The position numbers and the translations under genes were made by a program. DNA of 64,000 nt from Escherichia coli (GTDB taxonomy: Bacteria > Pseudomonadota > Gammaproteobacteria > Enterobacterales > Enterobacteriaceae): NCBI RefSeq assembly GCF_965641715.1, contig NZ_OZ282453.1; one strand, given 5' to 3'. Position 1 is the first letter of the stretch. Each line of letters starts with the position of its first letter. A model generated the notes under the pieces. That model was not told the DNA's origin. It did no database searches and saw nothing but the letters and a program-made list of their open reading frames with translations. This document shows positions 1-9,462 of the stretch, in pieces.

Positions 1-239
1 GATATTCCCGGCGGGATCGTAGTTTTGTTGCCAGAGATTCATTGCAGGTCTCCTGGAGTCCACGCACATCGTGTAATGAGTCTGTTGCTCATCTACTTGT
101 CACACGTTGTGTAAAAGTGGCACTGCCAATTGTGTTGTGTAGGGATAATGACAATGAATGGTTAACTAAATGTTATGTATTGGCAACATTGATGTGAGTT
201 TTAATTGGGGAATTGTGAACCAGAGGTCAGATAAGCGAA

Positions 240-258
240 GAATTGGTAGGGCCAATTC
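240..258. promoter_or_regulatory. Inverted repeat GAATTGG-N5-CCAATTC; candidate GntR-family (LldR/PdhR-type) operator in the promoter region of the lldP operon, whose coding sequence would lie just beyond the window start
   Basis: Palindrome read directly at 240-258. By K-12 synteny lldP follows yibL and would be transcribed away from this region on the minus strand. Confidence 0.3.
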
Positions 259-326
259 TTGTGGGGGGAGATGTCTGGTAAAGAAAAGGGCAATCCTCAT
301 CAGAGAATTGCCCTTAGATTGTTGAC

Positions 327-430
327 CCGGAGCGCCTTATCTTGCCAGATGCTGCGTGAACACCTTACCCGGCCTATAGGAATGTGCAGAATCACCCTGT
401 AGGCCTGATAAGCGTAGCGCATCAGGCAAT
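327..430. repeat. REP/BIME cluster downstream of the adhesin gene
   Basis: Canonical REP unit gtaggcctgataagcgtagcgcatcaggcaat at about 400-430 plus a degenerate REP-like unit at about 327-380; short direct repeat ttgcccttag at 308-317 and 438-447 flanks the cluster. Confidence 0.55.
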
Positions 431-468
431 TTGGCGTTTGCCCTTAGTCACACTAACTTAATGGATCA

Positions 469-3400
469 TTACCACTGAATACCGGCACCGAGTGCGGCGG
501 AGTATTCACCCTGGCTATTGGTACTACCTTGTAATTTGTAGACCCAACGACCATTGGCGCTCACCATCGACACACCTAAAGCAACTGCCGATTCACCGTT
601 GTAAGTACCGCCACCAATAGAGGCCATGCTGGCACCTGGAGTGTAAGCCTGCGGCAGACCGGTCATTGCCATTGCAGAAGCGATACCACCGCTCAACTTG
701 CTTTCAGTTTTAGACAGTTTGTTATCCATCTCAACCATCCGCTGATCGGTGTATTGCTTCGTTTCCTGCACGCTTTGCTTCAACTGCGCGTAGTTCACCG
801 CGTCGTTGTTGTTGACGCCAGCGGAGACGTTGCTGATACGAGTCGTACCGCCGTTGCCCCCACCGAGGGTGATATTGCTATAGTCAACAGAACCATCAGC
901 GTTGGTGTCGTAACGTACACCGCCCGCCTCAGAAGACTTCAACTGTGCCACGTTAACAGCATCGGTGTCGTTTTTACCTGCGGCTACGTTGGTGATACGA
1001 CGTTGATTAGTAGATGAGCCTACAGAGATCGTATTTTCTTCGGTTGCCACAGACCCTGTACCCAGTGCGACGCTGTTATCCGCGGCAGCAATGGAACCAG
1101 AACCAATCGCGACGCTATCTTTACCCTGCGCGCTGGCATCTACACCATCGGTATTGGTCTTGAAGTACTTGGTGCTACCGGTGGTGACGATATCGCCAAT
1201 ACCGTTTTCGATATTAGTAACGCGAGTATCCAGATTAGTGACCTGATTGTTCAGGTTAGTAATGCTCTGGGTATTCTGGGAAACCTGCGCATCCGTTACT
1301 TTCAACTGACCTACGTTGACCGCATCGGTATCCGCTGAACCAGCTGCGACGTTGGTGATCTGACGTTGACCGTCTTCACTACCAACAGAAAACTCACCTA
1401 CAGAGTTCTGCGGTGCGTCCATGTTGTAGGCGGTGTAGCCAGTCTGTGCACCACGGGTGGTCTGAGAACCGTTACCCATTGCAATACTGTTTGCATGGTT
1501 TGCGCGTGCGTTACTGCCGATAGCAATGCCGTTGATCGCATCAGCCAGAACCAGAGTGTTCAAACCGATACCAATACCTGCATTACCATTAACGACAGTT
1601 TTCGCACCCATTGCCAGCGAGTCTTCACCAACGGCCAGTGAGTCTTCTGCCGTTGAGTTGGCGTGAAAGTACTTGGTTGGCGTGGTTGCGACCGCACCAA
1701 TCGCATTCTGCAATTGACGAACCGTAACGGCGTCATGGGCTTCGGAACCATCAGCTACGTTGATGATTTGGCGGTATTTACCGTCATTACCAATTGACAA
1801 TGCACCTAGCAGTTCGCCGTCAGTGGTGTCATAACCAATCACCACGCCATTTTCCGTTACGCTAGTGTCACGAGAACCTTTGGCAATCACACGGCTGGAA
1901 ACGGAGCTGCTACCCAGCGCAATACCGGTATCAACGGTGCTATTGCTGTTCTGACCAATGGCTACGCTGCTGGCACCAGACGCGACAGCGTTATAACCTA
2001 CAGCTGTAGCGCCGACACCAGAGGCGCTTGCATCGTTAAAGGCTAAACCGTTGTCGTTAGTACGAACGTAGTTGATACCAGCGCCATTTTCTTCGATATA
2101 GGTTGCGTCGGTGTTACCAGCAAGCTGATTGATGATTTGGCTGTTCTGCTCAATCATCATATTCGTCGCATTCAACTGAGAACCGTTCACTGCATCGGTA
2201 CTGTCCTCACTAATACTGCCATTAGCGACATTAGTGATGATGCTGGCTTTACCGTCATGGCTGGCATTGTAGGCTCCTGCACCGCCATTGGCAGTCTCAT
2301 CCCACAGCAGGGCGTTATCATCAAGCGCATCCAGGGCGTCACCGACGTTGTTGTACTCGGCGTTCGCAATGGTGTAAGTCGGTGCGGTGATGGTGCCGTC
2401 AGCGTTAACTTCTGCATCACCACCCAGCGCATCAGCGATGTACTTGTTGGTGGTATACAGTTGTGAGCCGTTAATAGCATCGCTGCTGGTTGCGGAGACT
2501 GTACCGGCTGCAACATTAGTGATCTTGCTGGCGGAGTTATCTTTCCCGTGACCAGCACTGAATGCACCTTTACCATCATTGGCTGTTGCATCCCACAGCA
2601 GAGCATCATCGAGAGTGGTGTCGATGGCGTTCAGGGCATCACCGACGTTATCGTAATCAGCATTAGCAATGGTGTACGTCGGCGCAGTGATGGTGCCGTC
2701 TGCATTGATTTCGGCACCACCACCCAACGCATCTACGACGTACTTATTGGTGGTATAGAGTTGCGAGCCGTTCACAGCATCAGAGCTTGTGCTTGAAACA
2801 TCCCCGTTTGCGACATCAGTGATCACGCTTGCGTCACCATTAGTACCGTGTTTGGCACTAAATTTATCTACGGAAGCGTCCCAAAGCAGGGCATCGCCGA
2901 GAGACGTGCTAAATGAGGAGTTAATCGCAGCTAGTGCATCGCCGACGTTATAATAATTTGTTTCACCGATTTTGTAGGTTGGACCGGTAAACACACCGTC
3001 AGTATTCACAGAAGCATTGCCGCCGAAGTAGGTGGCGATATTGCTGCTTAAGTCATAAAGCTGGCTGCCGTTAATGGCATCGGAACTGGTTGCAGTGACT
3101 GCGCCGTCCAGGATATTGGTGATTTTGCTGGCGGCGTTGTTGCCATGAGCAGCCGTGAAGACACCATTGTCCTTATCCCATTTCAGCGCATCTTCACCAA
3201 GGTTAGTCACCGTCTCAGTCAGGTTAGAGATGTTGGTGGTGTTAGTGGCAATATTGGTGGTATTCGTCGCCACAGCATCGTTGGTGGTTTTCAGCTGGGA
3301 GCCGTTAACGGCATCAGTGCTGCCAGCCGTCAGGTCGGCATCTTTAACGTTGGTGATTTTGCTGGTGGCGTTGTTGCCGTGAGCTGCCGTGAATACACCA

Positions 3401-5358
3401 TTGTCCTTATCCCATTTCAGCGCATCTTCACCAAGGTTAGTCACCGTCTCAGTCAGGTTAGAGATGTTGGTGGTGTTAGTGGCAATATTGGAAGTGTTAT
3501 TGGCGATATTGGTGGTATTCGTCGCCACAGCATCGTTGGTGGTTTTCAGCTGAGAGCCGTTAACGGCATCGGTGCTGTCAGCCGTCAGGTCGGCATCTTT
3601 AACGTTGGTGATTTTGCTGGTGGCGTCGGTGCCATGAGCTGCCGTGAATACACCATTGTCCTTATCCCATTTCAGCGCATCTTCACCAAGGTTAGTCACC
3701 GTCTCAGTCAGGTTAGAGATGTTGGATGTGTTAGTGGCGATATTGGTGGTGTTGGCTGCCACGGCATCGTTGGTGGTTTTCAGCTGAGAGCCATTAACCG
3801 CGTCAGTGCTGCCAGCCGTCAGGTCGCCAGCGGTGACGTTGGTGATTTTGCTGGTGGCATCAGTACCGTGTGCGGCGCTGAATGCTGTACCCTTCCAGAG
3901 GAGGGCATCATCCTTAAGGTCGCCAACGGAATCCGTCAGGTTGGTGATATTGGTGGTGTTAGTGGCGATATTGGTGGTGTTGGTTGCCACATTATCATTG
4001 GTGGTTTTCAGCTGAGAGCCGTTAACGGCGTCTTTACTGGTAGCCGAAATATCGCCATCTTTTACATTGATGATTTTGTTTTCTGCTACGGTACTGGTAA
4101 TCGTTCCATCAGCATTTTTAACAATATAATTGGCGCTGAAAGCCCCTTTAGCTGAGTCCCAGTGCAGAGTTTCATTGTCAAGGTACTGGAGTGCTTCACC
4201 AACGTTATTGAAATTCTTTTTCTTCAGTTGAAAAGACATATCCATTATTGTTCCGTTAGTAGCAACATTTGCTCCGCCTCCCAGCCTGTCTGCTACTGAC
4301 CTACTAATGGCGTAAAGTTGTGAACCGTTAATGGCTTCTTTACTGTCCGTTGAGATTGTACCTGCCGCCATATTGACGATGCGACGCTGCGCTGACCCAG
4401 AGCCTACCGATACAACGTTGTCTTCACCTGCTGTAGAGTTTGCACCAATCGCGACGGAGTTATTCCCTCCTGCAGAGGATGAACTTCCTAATGCAAGACT
4501 GTTTGATCCAACCGCAGAACTTCCTGTACCGATCGCAATAGCATTTGCGGTTGATGCGCAGCTGTTCTGGCCTAATGCGATGGTGTTTGTGTTTGATGCT
4601 TGCGCATTTTGCCCCAAGGCAAGAGCACTTGCGCCAGTAGCCGCTGCTGTATATCCCAGGGCAACAGAACCTTCACCTGTTGAATCACTGTTTGCACCTA
4701 ATGCAAGACTGTTTTTGCCTCGAGCTTTCGCTTTAGTACCTACAGCCGTCGCATTTTCAGCGGCTTCGGTCTCAGCACCTATCGCAATGGAGTTTGCTGC
4801 ACTGGCAAGTGATTGCCTGCCTAATGCCAGAGAGTCTGCGCCGTTCGCCTTTGCAGATTTTCCCAGCACTAAAGAGTTGCTGGCAGTAGTAGCAGCTTGT
4901 GCTCCGACCCCCAGGACAACTGAATATTCTGCCAGTCCGTCGGCCCCACTACCGATTGCGATCGCTCGGTTTCCGGAAGCTTCTGCCACTTGTCCGATTG
5001 ATACCGATCTCTCTCCGGTTGCGTAGCTTTGGTAACCTAATGCAGTCGAACCAATACCTGTAGCCCAGGCGTTCGCGCCCACCGCAACTGCACCAGTCCC
5101 ATTGCCCACTGAGGACGCTCGTGCACCCTGGCCAATAGCTACCCAGACATCAGTGATTTCTGTTGGATCAGAGAATGTGCCACCATCAAGTGACGCACTG
5201 GCGTTTGCCCCAAACGACGAAAACATTCCACCCGCAACCAGGGCAGAAATTAACAGCTTACTGCGACCAGATTTCTTACCACGGCTCTTCGCTGTTTCGC
5301 TGGCAACGCTATAACTGCCCGTCGCCGGATTCCAGATGACTTTAAATATTTTGTTCAT
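469..5358 (-). CDS. upaG: Trimeric autotransporter adhesin, SadA/UpaG/EhaG family, 1629 aa
   Basis: N-terminal extended signal peptide [10 protein letters not shown]...; Ala/Gly/Ser-rich head repeats (NSLALG, NSVAIG); many neck motifs S(T)DAVNGSQL; Asn/Thr-rich coiled-coil stalk; C-terminal YadA-like anchor ending ...[10 protein letters not shown]. Symbol assigned by family and position only, allele not determined. Confidence 0.85.
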   Translation of the reverse strand: MNKIFKVIWNPATGSYSVASETAKSRGKKSGRSKLLISALVAGGMFSSFGANASASLDGGTFSDPTEITDVWVAIGQGARASSVGNGTGAVAVGANAWATGIGSTALGYQSYATGERSVSIGQVAEASGNRAIAIGSGADGLAEYSVVLGVGAQAATTASNSLVLGKSAKANGADSLALGRQSLASAANSIAIGAETEAAENATAVGTKAKARGKNSLALGANSDSTGEGSVALGYTAAATGASALALGQNAQASNTNTIALGQNSCASTANAIAIGTGSSAVGSNSLALGSSSSAGGNNSVAIGANSTAGEDNVVSVGSGSAQRRIVNMAAGTISTDSKEAINGSQLYAISRSVADRLGGGANVATNGTIMDMSFQLKKKNFNNVGEALQYLDNETLHWDSAKGAFSANYIVKNADGTITSTVAENKIINVKDGDISATSKDAVNGSQLKTTNDNVATNTTNIATNTTNITNLTDSVGDLKDDALLWKGTAFSAAHGTDATSKITNVTAGDLTAGSTDAVNGSQLKTTNDAVAANTTNIATNTSNISNLTETVTNLGEDALKWDKDNGVFTAAHGTDATSKITNVKDADLTADSTDAVNGSQLKTTNDAVATNTTNIANNTSNIATNTTNISNLTETVTNLGEDALKWDKDNGVFTAAHGNNATSKITNVKDADLTAGSTDAVNGSQLKTTNDAVATNTTNIATNTTNISNLTETVTNLGEDALKWDKDNGVFTAAHGNNAASKITNILDGAVTATSSDAINGSQLYDLSSNIATYFGGNASVNTDGVFTGPTYKIGETNYYNVGDALAAINSSFSTSLGDALLWDASVDKFSAKHGTNGDASVITDVANGDVSSTSSDAVNGSQLYTTNKYVVDALGGGAEINADGTITAPTYTIANADYDNVGDALNAIDTTLDDALLWDATANDGKGAFSAGHGKDNSASKITNVAAGTVSATSSDAINGSQLYTTNKYIADALGGDAEVNADGTITAPTYTIANAEYNNVGDALDALDDNALLWDETANGGAGAYNASHDGKASIITNVANGSISEDSTDAVNGSQLNATNMMIEQNSQIINQLAGNTDATYIEENGAGINYVRTNDNGLAFNDASASGVGATAVGYNAVASGASSVAIGQNSNSTVDTGIALGSSSVSSRVIAKGSRDTSVTENGVVIGYDTTDGELLGALSIGNDGKYRQIINVADGSEAHDAVTVRQLQNAIGAVATTPTKYFHANSTAEDSLAVGEDSLAMGAKTVVNGNAGIGIGLNTLVLADAINGIAIGSNARANHANSIAMGNGSQTTRGAQTGYTAYNMDAPQNSVGEFSVGSEDGQRQITNVAAGSADTDAVNVGQLKVTDAQVSQNTQSITNLNNQVTNLDTRVTNIENGIGDIVTTGSTKYFKTNTDGVDASAQGKDSVAIGSGSIAAADNSVALGTGSVATEENTISVGSSTNQRRITNVAAGKNDTDAVNVAQLKSSEAGGVRYDTNADGSVDYSNITLGGGNGGTTRISNVSAGVNNNDAVNYAQLKQSVQETKQYTDQRMVEMDNKLSKTESKLSGGIASAMAMTGLPQAYTPGASMASIGGGTYNGESAVALGVSMVSANGRWVYKLQGSTNSQGEYSAALGAGIQW
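3140..4110. repeat. Four near-identical tandem repeat units (about 234-255 bp, 78-85 aa each) inside the adhesin stalk, with 7-aa NTTNIAT-type sub-repeats
   Basis: The string cattgtccttatcccatttcagcgcatcttcaccaaggttagtcaccgtctcagtcaggttagagatgttgg recurs at about 3165, 3399 and 3654; the antisense ORF 3145..4155 shows the same peptide three times, confirming DNA-level identity. Confidence 0.75.
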
Positions 5359-5401
5359 TATTGATGTTCTCTATTCCTTGATATAAGCGCAGAAGCTGCA
5401 T

Positions 5402-6085
5402 TTATTTTTTGTTTTTTCGCTGCCGAGTTTCAGCAGATTGAACAGTGTCGAACTGGAGATTGGCCATATTGATGGACAACTTCAGATACTTCAGGTTATT
5501 AGGCGAAACGCCTTTTAATGTCAGATTAATGTCTTGCCATTGACCAGGCATTAATTGCAGAGTGGAATTCAGAGCGGTATTGAAAAGTAATTGTTGCCAC
5601 TTCGCCAGAGCTTTGGCATCGGTGGGCCTTTCATTGCCCCATGTAGCATGAAAACCAATATTTGATACGGGAACGCTTAATAGGTTGACCAGCGAAATAC
5701 GAATAACGCTGCCGTTTTCAACTGCATCAATAGCCAGCACCCGACCCGCCAAACCGACAGAGCCGTTATTTAAAATGAAGTAGTGTGTTTGTGCTGGGTT
5801 AAATTCTGTGAAGACAAATTCATCCTGCTTTTCTTTAACTCCCTTCACCACACTAGCAAGCGTTTTGGTACTACTTATGATGGCAGTTTGCTGTTTTTCA
5901 AATAGTTCTATCTTGCGTTTATCTTGTTCTTGTTGTTTTTCAAGTTGCTCTATTTTACTTTTTTGCAACTCTTGCTGTTTGGAAAGATCGTCGATTAGTT
6001 TTGCTTTTCCAATATAGTCACACCCTGTCAACATGCAGAGTGGCGATATCATTAACAAGCTTAATAGTATCTTTTTTAGATTCAT
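5402..6085 (-). CDS. SadB-like inner-membrane lipoprotein, 227 aa, putative adhesin surface-display helper
   Basis: Signal peptide with lipobox LTGC followed by Asp at +2 (CDY), an inner-membrane retention signal; coiled-coil-prone Gln/Glu/Lys-rich region; start has SD aaaggaa; 43 bp upstream of and co-oriented with the adhesin gene, as in Salmonella sadB-sadA. Confidence 0.7.
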   Translation of the reverse strand: MNLKKILLSLLMISPLCMLTGCDYIGKAKLIDDLSKQQELQKSKIEQLEKQQEQDKRKIELFEKQQTAIISSTKTLASVVKGVKEKQDEFVFTEFNPAQTHYFILNNGSVGLAGRVLAIDAVENGSVIRISLVNLLSVPVSNIGFHATWGNERPTDAKALAKWQQLLFNTALNSTLQLMPGQWQDINLTLKGVSPNNLKYLKLSINMANLQFDTVQSAETRQRKNKK

Positions 6086-6630
6086 AGGATGAATTCCTTT
6101 TCATAATCCTGATGCGTTGAAAATTACTTTACAATCATTTGCTTTATGAATGATCAAGCTAAATAAATTCACGGTGAAAATTTATAATATTTTTAATTGG
6201 TCGTTACTGTGAATGTGTTATTCAATGCAGAAATATTTTAGTTTGTTGCCGATTATTATATTAATCGCGCGGATTCTAATGATTGGTGTCAATCGATGTC
6301 AAATTTTTAAAGGGATAAGGTGAGAAAAAGTCAAAGGATAATATTTGTATGGTGAATGTTTTATAGTGATAAGGACAGTTTGAGTTGGAAAATATAAATA
6401 AATAGTTATGATATAAGCATGTTTATGCTGATATTTATAGCTGTAAATTATATATTAATTTTTATTGCGTAGCATATTTTCAGATTTTAACCTGCTAAAA
6501 TTATTCAGGTGAGTGGGAAGAATTGAAAAGATAATGTTAATAGATTTCGATATCTGAAATATGCTCCTGCATTTGCCAGCAGGAGCGAATAAAAATGAGG
6601 AAACTTTAGTTGTATTGACCAGTAGGGGAC
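6086..6630 (-). promoter_or_regulatory. Long AT-rich intergenic region holding the yibL terminator and the presumed promoter of the lipoprotein-adhesin operon
   Basis: 545 bp of very AT-rich sequence (for example ttataatatttttaattgg, aaatataaataaatagttatgatataagc) between yibL stop and the lipoprotein start. Confidence 0.4.
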
Positions 6631-6993
6631 TTAAAACGCGGTCTTTGAGAAGCCGGTCATCTCTTCCAGGCCCATTTCGCGGCCCAGCGCGGTCATTGGG
6701 TGAACAACCACCAGTCCGCGAACACTTTTCTTCAGCTTGCCCATATCAGCCTGCTCTTTTTTGGTAATTGCGCGCTGAAACGGCATCTTCATCAGCTTCT
6801 GTGCTTCTTTACTCAGTTTCTGGCTGTGAACTTCACGCAGGCGGGCAATTTCTGCTTCCAGCGTGGCTTTCTCTTTTTCCAGCTCGGCATATTTGTCTGC
6901 GGCTTCAACCAGCGACAGATCGGCCTGCTGGTGGCGGATGGCGTCCAGACGATCGCTGAGACGTTTGATTTCGTTTTTTTCGACTTCTTTCAT
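6631..6993 (-). CDS. yibL: YibL, ribosome-associated protein of unknown function, 120 aa
   Basis: Translation [28 protein letters not shown]... matches recalled K-12 YibL in length and position next to mtlR/yibT. Confidence 0.85.
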   Translation of the reverse strand: MKEVEKNEIKRLSDRLDAIRHQQADLSLVEAADKYAELEKEKATLEAEIARLREVHSQKLSKEAQKLMKMPFQRAITKKEQADMGKLKKSVRGLVVVHPMTALGREMGLEEMTGFSKTAF

Positions 6994-7277
6994 GTGATGG
7001 CTTCTGATAAAGATAAATTTATAGCCCCTAGTATGCGCGACCAGGTGCTTTGTTCACAACTGATGACATTGCAATAGTTCCGCAACGTAATCATTTATAT
7101 GCTTAAAAACTACGCAATTTATTGATTAATTAAGAAATCTATAGAAAAAAGATAATAAACAGAAGCGGATGATTATTGAGGATTCAGCACGTTTTCCTTA
7201 ATGTCATCTTTACCGGGAACCTAAACTAAAATTGGCGGCCGCGCATTCCCGGCGCGGGGTAATACGGAGATATCATC

Positions 7278-7487
7278 ATGGGCAAATTAGGTGAAAACGT
7301 TCCGCTTCTTATCGATAAAGCCGTAGATTTCATGGCATCAAGCCAGGCGTTCCGGGAGTATCTGAAAAAACTTCCTCCCCGTAACGCGATTCCGTCCGGA
7401 ATACCCGATGAAAGCGTGCCGTTATATCTACAACGTCTGGAGTATTATCGTCGGCTTTATCGGCCGAAGCAGGTAGAGGGACAGTAA
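7278..7487 (+). CDS. yibT: YibT small protein, 69 aa
   Basis: 69-aa [31 protein letters not shown]... convergent with mtlR, matching K-12 gene order. Confidence 0.8.
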
Positions 7488-7497
7488 GCGAAAGTAC

Positions 7498-8085
7498 TTA
7501 CTTTTGGAAGGCTTTTTTTAAGCTGATTCTGGAAATCAGCTCTGTCAGTGAAAGGACCATTGTTGATCGCACAGCCTGTTGATAGCGCTGAATTTGCATT
7601 GCATACAAACTGGAGTCTGCTGGTTCAAACTGTGGCGGCGGTGGCAACGCCGCCACGCAGTGCAGTTCACCAAAGGGTCCAAGGATCTCGTCGTCGGTAA
7701 AGGCGTACTCGTTGCCGTCGTGATTTAGTTCTTCACGCAATGCCATCAGCAGCTCCGCATCTTCGTATTCCTGGCGGTTAATGACGCCCAACCCGTAAAT
7801 GAGTTTTAAACGCACAGAAAGATCGCCCAGCGGACCATCGCCGTCGAGTAACGGTTCTACAGCATACTTCACCGCGTAATCGTCTTTGCGGAATACCTGA
7901 AGCACCAGAAGATTTACCGCCTCGGTCAGGAGCTCGACGGCGGTGATCAGAAAGCTTCGCACGGTTTTGCCAGCATTCAGACGCTCAAGCACACGGTTTT
8001 CAAAGGCCTGGGTTTGTTCCATTGTTGCCTGCATATCTGACAATCTGTTATTCGGGCGCAGGGTGTCCTGCGCCTGGTCCACCAT
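7498..8085 (-). CDS. mtlR: Mannitol operon repressor MtlR, 195 aa
   Basis: Length and sequence [36 protein letters not shown]...; immediately downstream of mtlD, start overlapping the mtlD stop (TAATG). Confidence 0.93.
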   Translation of the reverse strand: MVDQAQDTLRPNNRLSDMQATMEQTQAFENRVLERLNAGKTVRSFLITAVELLTEAVNLLVLQVFRKDDYAVKYAVEPLLDGDGPLGDLSVRLKLIYGLGVINRQEYEDAELLMALREELNHDGNEYAFTDDEILGPFGELHCVAALPPPPQFEPADSSLYAMQIQRYQQAVRSTMVLSLTELISRISLKKAFQK

Positions 8086-9233
8086 TATTGCATTGCTTTA
8101 TAAGCGGTTACCGCCTCAGATACAACCTCGCTGTTGGCATCAAGCCCGGAAATCTGTGCCAGCGCCGCCTGCGGACCTTTGTCAGCGATCAGTGCTGCCA
8201 GTTCCTGAGCCTGCGGATCATCTTCACTGCGGAAGTGCATTGCAGCGGCAATACCTTCAATCAGGTTTTTATGTGGCAGACCATATTCCAGCGTACCGAG
8301 CAGTGGCTTGATCAGACGGTCGCCTGCGCTCAGTTTACGCAGCGGCTGACGGCCTACGCGCTCTACATCATCTTTCAGATACGGGTTCTCAAAACGACCG
8401 AGGATTTTCTGGATGTACGCCGCATGCTTGTCAGCGTCAAAGCCGTAACGCTTGATCAGTACCGCGCCACTTTCTTCCATCGCACCTTTTACCACCGCGC
8501 GGATTTTCTCGTCGAGAATAGCGTCACGAATGGTCTGATGACCGGCCAGTTTTCCGAGGTACGCGGTTATAGCATGACCCGTGTTCAGGGTGAAGAGTTT
8601 ACGTTCGACAAATGCCATCAGGTTGTCGGTTAACTCCATGCCTGGGATGTTCGGCAGTGCGCCTTTGAACTGAGTTTTATCGACAATCCATTCGCTGAAG
8701 GTTTCTACCGTCACTTCCAGCGGATCGTTAGTTGCAGAAGCCGAAGGCGGTACGATGCGGTCAACGGCGGAATCGACAAAGCCAACGTGTTCTTCTACCC
8801 ACGCTTTGGCGTCTTCCGGCAGGGCGTTCATCACATGGCCTTTCAGTTGCGTGGTGCCGCGGACCATGTTTTCACAAGCGATGATGTTCAGCGGAGATTC
8901 ATTACCTTGTTCTTTACGTTTCACCAGCCCTTTGGCGATAGCCGGAGCAATACGTTCCAGCACTACCGGGCCAACGGCGGTAGTGACTAAATCAACCTGA
9001 GCAATGAGATCAACGACATCATCACCAATGCTGCTGACAGCATTGACGCCAGAAACGGTATCTACCTGCTCGGTTTCACCGACCACATGAACCTGATAGC
9101 TATGACGGGCATTCAGGGCATCAAGTACCACCTGATTGACATCGGCAAACGTCAGTTGTATACCCGCGTCTGCCAGCAGTTTACCGATAAAGCCACGACC
9201 GATATTACCTGCGCCAAAATGTAATGCTTTCAT
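8085..9233 (-). CDS. mtlD: Mannitol-1-phosphate 5-dehydrogenase, 382 aa
   Basis: ORF track gives a 485-aa frame; true start taken at [17 protein letters not shown] (Rossmann motif), ATG confirmed at 9233, giving the K-12 length. Confidence 0.93.
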   Translation of the reverse strand: MKALHFGAGNIGRGFIGKLLADAGIQLTFADVNQVVLDALNARHSYQVHVVGETEQVDTVSGVNAVSSIGDDVVDLIAQVDLVTTAVGPVVLERIAPAIAKGLVKRKEQGNESPLNIIACENMVRGTTQLKGHVMNALPEDAKAWVEEHVGFVDSAVDRIVPPSASATNDPLEVTVETFSEWIVDKTQFKGALPNIPGMELTDNLMAFVERKLFTLNTGHAITAYLGKLAGHQTIRDAILDEKIRAVVKGAMEESGAVLIKRYGFDADKHAAYIQKILGRFENPYLKDDVERVGRQPLRKLSAGDRLIKPLLGTLEYGLPHKNLIEGIAAAMHFRSEDDPQAQELAALIADKGPQAALAQISGLDANSEVVSEAVTAYKAMQ

Positions 9234-9244
9234 AGTATTAACCT

Positions 9245-9460
9245 TCATCAATGTTTTTACCCGAGAGGGCTGGGGTGAGGCTTTTCCCTCACCCAAACCC
9301 TCTCCGTGAGGAGAGGGGCAGCGCCGGAGGCGGCGTAAACGCCTTATCCGGCCTACAAGAACGTGCAAATTCAACAAATTGTGATGCATCCTGTAGGCCT
9401 GATAAGCGAAGCGCATCAGGCAATCAGCCCCACCGTCTCCATGTGGAGAGGGTGGGATTG
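9245..9460. repeat. REP/BIME cluster in the mtlA-mtlD intergenic region, with flanking CTCTCC...GGAGAGGG-type palindromes
   Basis: REP units at about 9322-9357 and 9390-9424; flanking imperfect palindromes ccctctccgtgaggagagggg (about 9293-9313) and cgtctccatgtggagagggtg (about 9433-9453). Confidence 0.65.
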
Positions 9461-9462
9461 GG

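Noticed and set aside
3145-4155. 336-aa plus-strand ORF with an internally repeated peptide
   Set aside because: Antisense to the adhesin gene; the open frame and its repeats are a by-product of the tandem DNA repeats in the adhesin stalk, with no independent start signal.
4331-5026. 231-aa plus-strand ORF
   Set aside because: Lies entirely antisense within the adhesin head-repeat coding region; Ala/Pro-rich low-complexity translation typical of a spurious antisense frame.
7236-7258. GC-rich palindrome ccgcgc-attcccg-gcgcgg just upstream of yibT
   Set aside because: Could be a 5' UTR structure or attenuator, but there is no supporting context (no U-run, no known regulator), so it is not called as a feature.
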